The translations under genes and the position numbers were made by a program. Of a stretch of DNA of 64,000 nucleotides, positions 1 to 9,389 are shown piece by piece. Numbering within the stretch: the stretch's first letter is position 1; every line of letters begins with the position of its first letter. Origin of the DNA: Alphaproteobacteria bacterium (lineage in GTDB: Bacteria > Pseudomonadota > Alphaproteobacteria > CALMVH01); the NCBI GenBank assembly GCA_965199265.1, contig CBDAQV010000004.1, positions 128,884-192,883 of the forward strand, read 5' to 3'. The notes beneath the pieces are model-generated. The model was not told the DNA's origin. It saw only the letters and a list, made by a program, of their open reading frames with translations, and did not search any database.

Positions 1-12
1 GCAAACGCGGCC

Positions 13-294
13 ATGTTCGTCTGTCTCATGAGCAACAAGCCGCGCGGGGTGCCGTACACCGGCGTGACCTCCGATCTGGTCCGGAGCCTTTACGAACACA
101 AGAATGGAATCACGGGCGGGTTTACATCCCGGTATGGCCTGCACCGGCTGGTCTACTTTGAACAGATCGATGAACCCATTGTGGCGATTGCGCGGGAAAA
201 AAGTGTCAAGCGCTGGGGTCGCGAATGGAAGTTCGGATTGGTTGAGGCAACCAATCCTCATTGGGTGGACTTGTACCCGTCTTTGCTTGGCTAG
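13..294 (+). CDS. GIY-YIG nuclease family protein (UPF0213-like small endonuclease)
   Basis: 93-aa ORF. Motif PYTGVTSDLVRSLYEHKNGITGGFTSRYGL matches the GIY-YIG / YIG...EH signature of small stand-alone GIY-YIG proteins. The start may lie at or just before the window edge. Confidence 0.65.
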   Translation: MFVCLMSNKPRGVPYTGVTSDLVRSLYEHKNGITGGFTSRYGLHRLVYFEQIDEPIVAIAREKSVKRWGREWKFGLVEATNPHWVDLYPSLLG

Positions 295-306
295 TCCCTT
301 TCGTTC

Positions 307-512
307 GTCATCCCGGACGCGGGCGCAGCCCGTGAGCCGGGATTTGTTTGGGATCAGGTTTGAGGCAGATCCCGGCTCTGCGCTTCGCTCCGGCCGGGAT
401 GACGGCGAAAAAAAGTAATATGTCATCCCGGACGCGGGCGCAGCCCGTAAGCCGGGATCTGCTCTATCCTGAGCGGGATTCCGGGCCGGCGCTTCGCTTC
501 GCCCCGGATGAC
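307..512. repeat. two tandem copies (307-403, 423-512) of a ~90-100 bp MITE-like palindromic repeat with terminal inverted repeats GTCATCCCGG...CCGGGATGAC
   Basis: The repeats are visible directly in the sequence. An inverted third copy occurs at 24788-24873. It sits intergenic between the GIY-YIG gene and the 3' end of the beta-oxidation operon. Confidence 0.6.
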
Positions 513-542
513 CACCATGGAAAGTGTCACTTTCCATGGTGG

Positions 543-2864
543 TCAATTCCTCAGCGGCTTGCCGGTGTCCAGCATGTGCTCGATCCGGTTCAGCGTGCCG
601 TCGTTGCGGACCAGCTTCAGGAACTCGCGGCGTTCCAGCGCGGTCAGGTCGTCCTCGCTCAAGATCCGGGTGATGTCGGTGTCGCCGCCGCTGATGACCG
701 TCGCGACCGCGCCCGCGACCACCGCGTCGTAGGCGGTGGCGAGGCCTTGGCCGCGGAAGTTCTGCACCGCCATGTCCAGCGCCAGCTTGGCGGTGGGGCC
801 CGGCAGGCGGATTTCCGGCGGCTCGGGCGGGCGGTAATCCTTCGCCAGTTCCAGCGCCTTCGCCTTCGCGTCGGCCAGCAGGCGGTCCTTGTTCATGGTG
901 ATGCCGTCAGACTCGCGCAGGTACAGCAACTCCTTCGCCTCGAACGCCGATTTCGACACCTTGGCGGTGCTGATGGTTTCGAAGGCCTGCGCCAGGCCCG
1001 GCATCGGGCCGCCGGAACGCTTCTTGTTGGCGGTGTGACGGACGACCATCTCCTTCGAGCCGCCCCAGCCGGGCAGCAGGCCGACGCCGACCTCGACCAG
1101 GCCCATGTAGATTTCGGCGTGCGCCTGGACGTGCGCCGAGTGCAGCAGGATCTCGCACCCGCCGCCCAGCGCCATGCCCGACGGGGCGCAGACGACCGGG
1201 AACGGCGCGTATTTCAGCGCCTTGTAGGTGGCCTGCCCGATGGCGACGGTTTCCTCGATCGCGGGGTAAAGCCCGACGTTCAGCGCGAATAGCGCGAGCC
1301 CCAGATTGGCGCCGACCGAGAAGTTCTCTCCCTCGTTGTGCACCACCAGCGCCTTCCACCGAGCTTTCCCGTCGCCGATCAGCGCGACCGCCTTGCCGAT
1401 CAGATCCATGATCAGCCCGTCCATCGAGTTCATTTTCGAGGTGAACTCAAGGCAGACGACGCCGTCGCCGATGTCCCACAGCGCGGCGGACGGGTTCTTC
1501 AGCAGCGGCTTGCCGGCGCGCTTGACGTCGGACAGCAGCAGCACGCCTTCGGCCCGCTTCAGGTCGGCGTACTCGCCGCCCGTCGTCAGGTACTGAAGCT
1601 TGCCTCCTTCGGTGCGGTAGAACGGCCGGCCCTCCGCGGTTTCGAGCAGCGTAGGCACCGGTAGGCCTTCCGCCTTCAGCCGCTCGGCGAACGCGCCCGA
1701 GCCCAGCTGGTCGATCAGCTCGAACGGGCCGTACTTCCAATTGTAGCCAAGGCGCATCGCCTCGTCGATCTCGGCGACGCTGTCCGCGATCTGCGGCACC
1801 AAGCTAGCGGCATAGCCCAGCGTGTCGCGCAGCACGCCCCAAGCGTACTTGTTGCCGGGCGCGGTGCCGCCGACCAGCGCTTTCAGCCCGCCGCGATACG
1901 CATCCTTGTCGGGCTTGCGCTCGGCGCGGTACTCGCCTGTCTTCAGGTCGATGGCTTCCTTGCGCTTGTCGCCGCCGTCGCGCACCAAACGGTAGAACCC
2001 GCCCTTGCCCTTGCGCCCCGTCAGTCCTTCCTCGATCATCTTCGTGATCAGCGGGATGTCGCGATGAACGGTGCGGTAAGCATCCTGCGGCGGCAGCGTC
2101 ATGAGCAGGCTTCGGGCAAGATGCGGCATGAGGTCGATGCCGACCAGGTCGACCAGGCCGAAAATGCCGCTCTTGGGCACGCCCATCGGCTTCGAGGCGA
2201 TCGCGTCGGCTTCCTCCACGTCCAGGCCAAGGTCGATCGCATGATTGATGCCCGCCTGGATCCACAGCGTGCCGATGCGGTTGGCGATGAAGCCCGGCGT
2301 GTCCCTCGCGCGCACCACGCCCTTGCCGAGGCGCAGATCGCAGAAGGCGGCTATCTCCGCCACAGCCTCCGCGCGCGTGTCCGGCCCCCCCACCAGTTCC
2401 AGCAGGCGCATGTAGCGCGGCGGGTTGAAGAAATGGGTGATCAGGAAGTCGCGGCGGAACGCGTCGGACTGGCCCTGGACGAGGTACTGTAGCGGGATGG
2501 TCGAGGTGTTCGACGACACGAACGAGCCCGGCTTGCGAACCGCGTCGACTTTCGCGTAGAGCGCGGACTTGATCTTGGGGTTCTCGATCACCGCCTCGAT
2601 GATCCAGTCGACGCCCGCCAGCTTCGCCAGGTCGTCCTCCAAATTGCCCGGGGTCACCAGCTTGACGGCGGACCGGCTCATGAACGGCGCGGGATCGGCC
2701 TTGAGCATCTTATCGATCGCGCCCTTGGCGATCTGCGACCTGTCAAGCGCGCCTTCGGGCACGATGTCCAACAGCAGGACAGGAACGCCGGCATTGGCGA
2801 TATGCGCGGCAATCGCCGCGCCCATCACCCCCGCGCCGAGGACGGCAACCTGCGCGATCGCCAT
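543..2864 (-). CDS. fused 3-hydroxyacyl-CoA dehydrogenase (N-terminal, NAD-binding) / enoyl-CoA hydratase (C-terminal crotonase fold), FadN/FadB-type
   Basis: The ORF-track protein is N-terminally over-extended. The true start MAIAQVAVLGAGVMGAAIAAHIANAG (Rossmann GxGxxG) sits at the ATG at 2864. The C-terminal half has a crotonase-fold motif (GGGCEILLHSAHV...GLLPGWGGS). Its start overlaps the thiolase stop (TAATG), implying translational coupling. Confidence 0.85.
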   Translation of the reverse strand: MAIAQVAVLGAGVMGAAIAAHIANAGVPVLLLDIVPEGALDRSQIAKGAIDKMLKADPAPFMSRSAVKLVTPGNLEDDLAKLAGVDWIIEAVIENPKIKSALYAKVDAVRKPGSFVSSNTSTIPLQYLVQGQSDAFRRDFLITHFFNPPRYMRLLELVGGPDTRAEAVAEIAAFCDLRLGKGVVRARDTPGFIANRIGTLWIQAGINHAIDLGLDVEEADAIASKPMGVPKSGIFGLVDLVGIDLMPHLARSLLMTLPPQDAYRTVHRDIPLITKMIEEGLTGRKGKGGFYRLVRDGGDKRKEAIDLKTGEYRAERKPDKDAYRGGLKALVGGTAPGNKYAWGVLRDTLGYAASLVPQIADSVAEIDEAMRLGYNWKYGPFELIDQLGSGAFAERLKAEGLPVPTLLETAEGRPFYRTEGGKLQYLTTGGEYADLKRAEGVLLLSDVKRAGKPLLKNPSAALWDIGDGVVCLEFTSKMNSMDGLIMDLIGKAVALIGDGKARWKALVVHNEGENFSVGANLGLALFALNVGLYPAIEETVAIGQATYKALKYAPFPVVCAPSGMALGGGCEILLHSAHVQAHAEIYMGLVEVGVGLLPGWGGSKEMVVRHTANKKRSGGPMPGLAQAFETISTAKVSKSAFEAKELLYLRESDGITMNKDRLLADAKAKALELAKDYRPPEPPEIRLPGPTAKLALDMAVQNFRGQGLATAYDAVVAGAVATVISGGDTDITRILSEDDLTALERREFLKLVRNDGTLNRIEHMLDTGKPLRN

Positions 2865-4003
2865 TATACCGCCTCCAGCACGGTGGCGATGCCCATGCCG
2901 CCGCCGATGCACATCGTGCCCAGCGCCAGCGCCTTGCCCTCGCGCTGCAGGACCGCCGCGGCGTGGCCCACGACGCGCGCGCCGCTGGCGCCCAGCGGGT
3001 GGCCCAGCGCGATGGCGCCGCCGTCGCGGTTCAGCTTGTCCAGGGGTATGTTCAGGTCGCGGATTACCGCCAGCGATTGCGCGGCGAAGGCCTCGTTCAG
3101 CTCGAAAACGTCGATGTCCTCGATGGTGACGCCGGCCCGCTTGAGCGCCTTGTGGACGGCGGGCACCGGCCCGATGCCCATGACATCCGGGGCGCAGCCG
3201 GCGACGGCGACGGACCTGATCCGCGCCATGATCGTCAGGCCGCGGCTCCTGGCATAATCCTCCGACGTGATCAGTGTCGCCGAGGCGCCGTCGGTCAGCG
3301 GCGAGGAATTGCCGGCGGTCACGGTTCCGCCCTCCTGTTTGAACGCCAACTTCAGCTCGCCCAGCTTCTCGATGGTGGTGTCGGGGCGGGGGCAGCCGTC
3401 CCGGTCTACCGTCCCGTCCGAAGTCTGGATCGGCACGATCTCCGCCGCATACCTTCCCTCCATCCACGCCTGCGCCGCCTTGCGGTGCGAGGCGAGCGCG
3501 AACTCGTCCTGCTCGCGCCGCCCGATGCCGTACTTGGCGGCAAGGTTCTCCGCCGTGTCCCCCATCGAGATGAAAGCCTGGATAGCCGGGTCCATCAATT
3601 TCGGGTTCGGCATGGGGTTGAAGCCGCCCATCGGCACGCGGGTCATGGATTCGACTCCGGCGGCGATGAACGCTTCGCCCGCGCCCAGCGCGATCGCGCC
3701 GGCGGCCATGTGGATCGCCTGCATCGACGAGCCGCAGAAGCGGTTGACGGTGGTACCTGCGGTTCCTAGCGGCAGCTTCGACAGCAGGCCGATCAGGCGG
3801 CCGACGTTGAAGCCCTGCTCGCCTTCGGGAAAGGCGCAGCCGACGATCAGATCTTCCAAATCCTGCGTTTCCAGCCCGGTTTCCACGACCAGCGCAGAGA
3901 CGACGGCGGCGGCCAGATCGTCCGGACGGACCCGGGCCAGCGCGCCCTTGTTGGCGAAATGGAACGGCGAGCGCTTGTAGCCCGCGACGACGGCGTTACT
4001 CAT
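2864..4003 (-). CDS. acetyl-CoA C-acyltransferase (3-ketoacyl-CoA thiolase)
   Basis: Thiolase motifs NRFCGSSMQAIHMAAGAI and a C-terminal GLATMCIGGGMG are present. The real start is MSNAVVAGYKRSPF at the ATG at 4003; the ORF-track start at 4045 is an over-extension. The 5' end overlaps the MerR gene stop by 8 nt. Confidence 0.85.
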   Translation of the reverse strand: MSNAVVAGYKRSPFHFANKGALARVRPDDLAAAVVSALVVETGLETQDLEDLIVGCAFPEGEQGFNVGRLIGLLSKLPLGTAGTTVNRFCGSSMQAIHMAAGAIALGAGEAFIAAGVESMTRVPMGGFNPMPNPKLMDPAIQAFISMGDTAENLAAKYGIGRREQDEFALASHRKAAQAWMEGRYAAEIVPIQTSDGTVDRDGCPRPDTTIEKLGELKLAFKQEGGTVTAGNSSPLTDGASATLITSEDYARSRGLTIMARIRSVAVAGCAPDVMGIGPVPAVHKALKRAGVTIEDIDVFELNEAFAAQSLAVIRDLNIPLDKLNRDGGAIALGHPLGASGARVVGHAAAVLQREGKALALGTMCIGGGMGIATVLEAV

Positions 4004-4430
4004 GGCAATCCTCTCCCCGATCTTCTCTTTGCGAAATAAGTTCAAGATGGGCGACGATTTCGCCCTCGACCCGTTCCAGCTCCTCCAGCGTCTGCTTCAC
4101 GTCCTCGAACTGGGTACGCAGCGCCGCGATCCGGGAGCGCGCGTGATCCAGAAGGTACTGCATCTGCTCGTGCTGGCACGAGTCAACGTTGTAAAGGCTG
4201 AGAAACTGCTTGATCTCGGAGACGGAAAAGCCCAGGCGCTTGCCGCGGCAGATCAGCTTCAGCCGCGCGCGGTCGGCCCTGGTGAACAGGCGAGCCTGCC
4301 CCTCGCGCAGCGGCGCCAGAAGCCCCTCGCCCTCGTAGAAGCGGATGGAGCGCAGGGTCAGGCCGAATTCATCCGCCAGCTGGCCGATGGTGTAGGTCCT
4401 GTCCTGTCCTGCCCGCCCAGCCGCTGACAT
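3996..4430 (-). CDS. MerR family transcriptional regulator (LiuR-like, first gene of thiolase/dehydrogenase operon)
   Basis: It has an N-terminal MerR HTH (YTIGQLADEFGLTLRSIRFYEGEGLL) and a C-terminal coiled-coil. It is co-directional and overlapping with the thiolase gene. Confidence 0.75.
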   Translation of the reverse strand: MSAAGRAGQDRTYTIGQLADEFGLTLRSIRFYEGEGLLAPLREGQARLFTRADRARLKLICRGKRLGFSVSEIKQFLSLYNVDSCQHEQMQYLLDHARSRIAALRTQFEDVKQTLEELERVEGEIVAHLELISQREDRGEDCHE

Positions 4431-4460
4431 GAAGCCGCCTTGTTTCCAATTTGCGAATTA

Positions 4461-4477
4461 GGCCTTACGTAAAGGTA
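4461..4477. promoter_or_regulatory. candidate MerR-type operator: near-palindrome CCTTACGTAAAGG with ACGT core, ~30 bp upstream of the MerR gene start
   Basis: The palindrome is seen in the sequence. Its position suits autoregulation of the operon. The assignment is tentative. Confidence 0.2.
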
Positions 4478-4684
4478 AGCCCATCGGCGGATGTTGGCAA
4501 GTACCGTAGGAATGCGCACGACAATTGCTCGAAGCGCCATCCCTATCGTCGCTCCGGCCGGAACGACGAATCCATACCTTTGATGCGCCGTCATCCAAGC
4601 ACGGACTCCGTGCTCCGCACGCAATAAATAGTCTGCGTATCAGTTGCTTGGCAGAGTGAAACGTTCAGAGGAAAATGCGAGGTG

Positions 4685-6007
4685 TCATTCCATGGTTTCC
4701 AGGGCGTTCAGGCGCAGGCGCAGCTCGGTTAGCTCGTCGGCCTCGAATCTGCCTTCGCATCCGGCGACGATGCGCCGGCCGCGGATCGTCAGCAGCCGCC
4801 GCATGTCGGGATCGGGCAAGGTGGCGGCGATGTCGCCCAGCGCGCGCAGCATGCGCAGGTTCACCGCCATGTCCGATTTCGAGTACAGCCTGATCTGCTC
4901 GAATGCGGAATCGAGAAGCCGGTCGAAGCCCAGCCAGGGAATGCTGACGCGAACGACACCCGGCGGATCGTAGATCAGCGCGTTCACCGGTTCGCGCGCC
5001 GCGTACCGGATCAGGATGCGGCTCAGCTGGTCGATGCACGAGATCGCCGTGCTGGGATCGTTGACCGCGGGCGAGATTGCCTTGAGCGCGATATCGACGA
5101 TCTGCAGGATGCCGTACTCGATGTCCTGCTGCAGCGTGCGTGTCGGTCCCAATTCGAAGAATGTCTGCAGCGTGCTGTTTTCCTGTGGCGTCAGGCGATC
5201 GCCCGGGGAGACGAGCGCGATCGGCACGCTGGCTGGCGCGAAATGGCCGACGCGGCGCAGGACACGGATCTTCACGCCCTTCGCCCTGGCAAAGCTCACC
5301 AGCCGCGGCGTGTCGATGAAGCGGACATAGCCCGACCGGCCGGCCAGGATAGCGCCGGCGCGCGGGTCGGGCTCGTTGACCGCGTTCAGGTCCGCAAGGT
5401 CCAGCCGCCCGGGCCGCCGTTGCGCGGGCATGGTCTCGTCGATGATCGCCTCGGTCTCCTCCGCGATGCGGTCGACGATGTGGTTGACGCTGATTGCCTC
5501 GGAAATGTGATGGATGAAGAACAGAAGCCACGCGACGCACAGCACCGACAGCACCATGCCGCCCAGAACGGTCAGCACGGGTTCGCTGGGGCTGGGCACC
5601 GAGTGCGCGAAGGGCAGCGCGGCAAGACAGTACAGGAACGTGCCGAGGAAGATGCCGAGCGTCTGCTGCGTCACGCGGTCCTGCGAAAAGCTGACGATGA
5701 TCCTGGGCGAGAACTGCATGGAGGCGAGGGTCAGCGTCATCAGCAGGATCGCGAACACGATGGACACCACGGTCATCACCGCCGCGGCGATGGTGGACAG
5801 GATGTTTTGCGCCACCTGAGGCTCGCCGCTGGACGGGAACATCGCGTGCGGGACGAACGCGTCGGCCAAGGGAAAAAACTGCTCTAGGTGCGGCAGCAGG
5901 TTGCCGAACGAGCCGAGGATCAGCGCGATGATCAGCGGCCGCACGAGGAAGCCGCCGCGCAGGCTGTATTTGATATAGTGCGCGATCTGCGGCAGGTGAT
6001 TTTTCAT
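4685..6007 (-). CDS. DUF2254 domain-containing membrane protein
   Basis: 440-aa ORF with N-terminal TM segments followed by a soluble domain, the typical DUF2254 architecture. The alternative-frame ORF 4665..6053 is a GC-rich artifact. Confidence 0.6.
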   Translation of the reverse strand: MKNHLPQIAHYIKYSLRGGFLVRPLIIALILGSFGNLLPHLEQFFPLADAFVPHAMFPSSGEPQVAQNILSTIAAAVMTVVSIVFAILLMTLTLASMQFSPRIIVSFSQDRVTQQTLGIFLGTFLYCLAALPFAHSVPSPSEPVLTVLGGMVLSVLCVAWLLFFIHHISEAISVNHIVDRIAEETEAIIDETMPAQRRPGRLDLADLNAVNEPDPRAGAILAGRSGYVRFIDTPRLVSFARAKGVKIRVLRRVGHFAPASVPIALVSPGDRLTPQENSTLQTFFELGPTRTLQQDIEYGILQIVDIALKAISPAVNDPSTAISCIDQLSRILIRYAAREPVNALIYDPPGVVRVSIPWLGFDRLLDSAFEQIRLYSKSDMAVNLRMLRALGDIAATLPDPDMRRLLTIRGRRIVAGCEGRFEADELTELRLRLNALETME

Positions 6008-6146
6008 GGCGGCGCTTTACGCCGAGAAGACCGATTTTCCGCCGGAAAGACAACAGGAATCGTCGGCGCGCGCAGCAGCGGAATACATATGGAAATTTTA
6101 CTCGCTATGATCGATAGGTAGCCGCTATTCAGGATTTGGAGCCCGT

Positions 6147-8033
6147 ATGTCGCTGCTCGACAAGGTGATGGGACCGGCGCTTGCCAGCCGGGACGAGCAC
6201 AAACAGAAAGTGGGGCCGGTCGCGGGCATTCCGATGCTTGGCCTCGACGCGCTTTCATCCGCCGCGTACGGACCGGAAGCGGCTCTGACGATCATGCTGC
6301 CGCTCGGCGTCGCCGGGATCTCGTGGATCGGCCCGCTGACCGGGATCATACTGGCGCTGTTCGCCATCCTGTACTTCTCGTACCGGCAAACCATTTCCGC
6401 CTACCCGAACGGCGGCGGCTCGTACACGGTCGCGCGCGAGAACCTCGGGACCCGGGTCGGGCTGTTCGCCGCCGCCTCGCTGATGGTGGATTATATCCTG
6501 AACGTCGCGGTCGGCATCGCGGCGGGCGTCGGCGCGCTGATCTCGGCGGTCCCGGCGCTGCAGCCTTACATCCTGCCGCTCTGCCTCGGCATCCTGGTCC
6601 TGATCGCCCTGGTGAACCTGCGCGGCATCCGCGAGTCCGGGACGTCGTTCCTGATCCCCACCTACCTGTTCGTCGCGACGCTGGGAACCGTGCTGGTCTG
6701 GGGCCTCTACAAGGCGGCGGCGGCGCATGGCCACCCGCAGGCGATCGAGATGCCGCCTGTCATGCCGAAGGCGACTGAGGCTGTGACGCTGTGGCTGCTG
6801 CTGCGCGCCTTCGCCAACGGCTGTACCGCCATGACGGGTGTCGAGGCGATCTCCAACGGGATAACCGCGTTCAGGGACTCAGCGGTCAACAACGCGAAGC
6901 GCACCCTGACGGCGGTTGTCGTCATCCTGGCGGTGCTTCTGGCCGGCATCGCCTATCTCTGCCACGCCTACGGAATCGGCGCGACCGACCCCGACGGCAG
7001 CGGCTACCAGAGCATCCTGTCGCAGCTGACCGCCGCAGTCGACGGGCGGGGTATTTTCTATTATGTCACGATGGGCAGCGTCATCGCCGTGGTCTGCCTG
7101 TCGGCCAACACCAGCTTTGCCGACTTTCCACGCCTGTGCCGCTTGCTGGCGCTCGATAATTTCCTGCCCTACCCGTTCGCGATCCGCGGCCGACGCCTTG
7201 TCTACACGCAGGGCGTGGTCATCCTGACCGTCATGTCCGCCGCGCTGCTGATCGCGTTCGGCGGCATCACCGACCGGCTCATTCCACTGTTCGCCATCGG
7301 CGCCTTCGGTGCCTTCACCCTGTCGCAGGCCGGAATGGTGATGCACTGGCGCAAACAGATGGCGCGCGAGGGAAGCCATGCCGGCGGCCACGCCTTGATG
7401 ATCGTCAACGCGGTCGGCGCCGTTTCGACCTTCGCGGTGCTGATCGTGGTGCTGGCGACCAAGTTCGCCGAGGGTGCCTGGATCGTCCTGCTGCTCGTAC
7501 CCGCGATGGTGGCGCTGTTCAGCGGCGTGAAGAAGCATTATGCGAACGTGGCGCGTCAGATCGCCTCCACTCGCCCGCTTGACGCGGCCGACATGCAGCC
7601 GCCGATCACCGTCGTCGTCATGCGGCAATGGAGCCTCATCAGCGAACAGGCCTTGCAGTTCGCTCTGCGCCTGCAGGGAGAAACGGTTGTCGTTCACATC
7701 AACTCTGGCGACGACGAGGGAGAAAACCTGAGGCGCAACTGGGCTACCTACGTGGAAGCGCCGCTGCACGCGGCCGGCAAGGCGCAGCCTCGGCTGATGA
7801 CTGTTCCCTCCCCCTACCGCCGGTTCTTCCACCCGCTGTTCGACACGTTGAAGCAGATCCAGGCGGAAAACCCCGGCCGCGTGCTGGCCGTGGTCGTTCC
7901 AGAACTGGTCGGGTCGCGCTGGTACGACTATTTCCTGCACAACCAGCGCACGACCGCGCTCAAAGCGTCGCTGCTGATTCACGGCGGTCCGAACGTCGCC
8001 GTGATCAACGTACCCTGGTACCTGGCAAGATAG
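6147..8033 (+). CDS. APC superfamily permease with ~200-aa C-terminal cytoplasmic extension (KimA-like architecture; substrate unknown)
   Basis: There are 12 predicted TM helices, an N-terminal GLDALSSAAYGPEA motif typical of the APC family, and a long hydrophilic C-terminus. Confidence 0.7.
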   Translation: MSLLDKVMGPALASRDEHKQKVGPVAGIPMLGLDALSSAAYGPEAALTIMLPLGVAGISWIGPLTGIILALFAILYFSYRQTISAYPNGGGSYTVARENLGTRVGLFAAASLMVDYILNVAVGIAAGVGALISAVPALQPYILPLCLGILVLIALVNLRGIRESGTSFLIPTYLFVATLGTVLVWGLYKAAAAHGHPQAIEMPPVMPKATEAVTLWLLLRAFANGCTAMTGVEAISNGITAFRDSAVNNAKRTLTAVVVILAVLLAGIAYLCHAYGIGATDPDGSGYQSILSQLTAAVDGRGIFYYVTMGSVIAVVCLSANTSFADFPRLCRLLALDNFLPYPFAIRGRRLVYTQGVVILTVMSAALLIAFGGITDRLIPLFAIGAFGAFTLSQAGMVMHWRKQMAREGSHAGGHALMIVNAVGAVSTFAVLIVVLATKFAEGAWIVLLLVPAMVALFSGVKKHYANVARQIASTRPLDAADMQPPITVVVMRQWSLISEQALQFALRLQGETVVVHINSGDDEGENLRRNWATYVEAPLHAAGKAQPRLMTVPSPYRRFFHPLFDTLKQIQAENPGRVLAVVVPELVGSRWYDYFLHNQRTTALKASLLIHGGPNVAVINVPWYLAR

Positions 8034-8047
8034 CGCGTCGGCGATAG

Positions 8048-8665
8048 TTACTGGTTCGTCCGGACATACCCCAGGAGGGAGAACCGGTCGATGATCTCCA
8101 TCGCGCGGTATTCGCTTTCGTGATCGGCCGAACAGTTCAGTTCAAAGCAGGGCTGGGCGGGGCGGACCACGCGCGCCGACGCCAGCCACGTGTCCCAGTT
8201 CGCCAGCTTGTGCCTGTCGCGCGCGGCGCGGCGGTTGATCAGCCGCCGCTTCATGACCTCGTCCGTCGCGTGCACCCAGACGTAGTGGATGCGGACTGTC
8301 TTCGCCGACACCGTTTCGCAGCTGTGCTTGACGTGCATGCGCCACTCGGCATCGGTGAACTCGCGCATGAAGGGCGCGGTCGCGACGGTGGAGTTGCCCA
8401 ATGAGATATTCTCGAATACCGAGTTCATCAGGCATTCGTACTCCAGCGGCCGAACCTCGTTCGTGTAGTAGTCCGAGTCCCGTTCGTCCCGGCCCTCCGG
8501 ACCGCCCCTTGCCAGCAGCAGCATGTCGATCATGCGCCCGGTCAGGGTGTCCTTGTCGAAGTAGCCGAACTGCGTCTTGCGGCACAGCTCGTAGGCGACC
8601 GTCGTCTTGCCGCATCCGGCGAGGCCGCCAACGAGAACGAGGTGAACGATGCTGGAGGTGGTCAT
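8048..8665 (-). CDS. P-loop NTPase, AAA_33/zeta-toxin/polynucleotide-kinase-like kinase
   Basis: It has a Walker A motif LVGGLAGCGKTT. The likely start is the internal Met (MTTSSIVHLV), giving an ATGA overlap with the upstream kinase stop at 8662-8665. The region has lower GC (~56%). Confidence 0.55.
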   Translation of the reverse strand: MTTSSIVHLVLVGGLAGCGKTTVAYELCRKTQFGYFDKDTLTGRMIDMLLLARGGPEGRDERDSDYYTNEVRPLEYECLMNSVFENISLGNSTVATAPFMREFTDAEWRMHVKHSCETVSAKTVRIHYVWVHATDEVMKRRLINRRAARDRHKLANWDTWLASARVVRPAQPCFELNCSADHESEYRAMEIIDRFSLLGYVRTNQ

Positions 8666-9318
8666 TCGAGAAAGCTGCGTAGTGTATCGCAAGATTGTCG
8701 CCTTTCGGCAACGGCTACGCCATTTGAAAGAACTGTCGCTATGGACCGGGCAAGCTGCGACACGGTTTTCGAGCCGCTGTCTGTCACGAGGTCGAAATCC
8801 AGCAATCCCCTCCTATCCCTTTCGTCGCGCAATGTTTGCTGCTCCTGGTCGAAGGCCGCCAGCCTGGCCTCCACCTCGCCAAGCTGACCCGCATGCCGGT
8901 TTTCAAGCCGCACCCCTGCCGCCGCTCTCGAACACAGGAGCAGTATGCTCAGAGCGGGACGCAGAAGAGGATGCTGCCTTAGAGCAAGCAGGTTCTGGTA
9001 TTTGCCGACGTGGATTATAGGAATTTTCGCTGTCGAAAGGGTGCGATCCAGTTCCTCGACCGCCACGCCGTAGTAACGACCGTAGCGATCATGCCATTGC
9101 GCGAAACGGTTTTGCTGCGCCATCCGTTCGAACTGCGATACCGAAATATCGATGTAAGCCGCGCCGGGCTGTCCACCGCTTCCTGCCCGGTGCTTGCGAA
9201 AATGCACAAATTTAGGGTCGATGCCATGCAGTGCCTCGGTAAGGCTGTCTTTTCCAGATGCCGGCGGGCCGCTTAGAAGTATCGCCTCGTATAGATAGGG
9301 GTTTTCCGGGGAGGTCAT
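8662..9318 (-). CDS. guanylate-kinase-fold / PhnN-like P-loop kinase
   Basis: It has a Walker A motif LLSGPPASGKDSL and a GK-like R...AYIDISVSQFERM / YGRYYG region. It is translationally coupled (ATGA) to the downstream kinase. Confidence 0.6.
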   Translation of the reverse strand: MTSPENPYLYEAILLSGPPASGKDSLTEALHGIDPKFVHFRKHRAGSGGQPGAAYIDISVSQFERMAQQNRFAQWHDRYGRYYGVAVEELDRTLSTAKIPIIHVGKYQNLLALRQHPLLRPALSILLLCSRAAAGVRLENRHAGQLGEVEARLAAFDQEQQTLRDERDRRGLLDFDLVTDSGSKTVSQLARSIATVLSNGVAVAERRQSCDTLRSFLE

Positions 9319-9389
9319 GAAAGGTTTATAACAGATCGGCCCCGTAAAAGCAGGCGTTCATTCTCTACAGGTCCGTTGCGTTTGAGCCG

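Noticed and set aside
348-1292. Long ORFs on the strand opposite to or out of frame with annotated genes (for example 348..1292, 2963..3769, 10245..11801, 13134..14963, 22020..23090, 37401..38579, 53608..55029)
   Set aside because: These are typical high-GC shadow ORFs. Their translations are Arg/Ala/Gly/Pro-rich low-complexity sequence with no motifs, and they overlap well-supported conserved genes.
4665-6053. 462-aa ORF overlapping the DUF2254 gene in another frame
   Set aside because: It is a low-complexity Arg/Pro/Ala-rich translation. The 4685..6007 frame gives a coherent membrane protein with the DUF2254 pattern.
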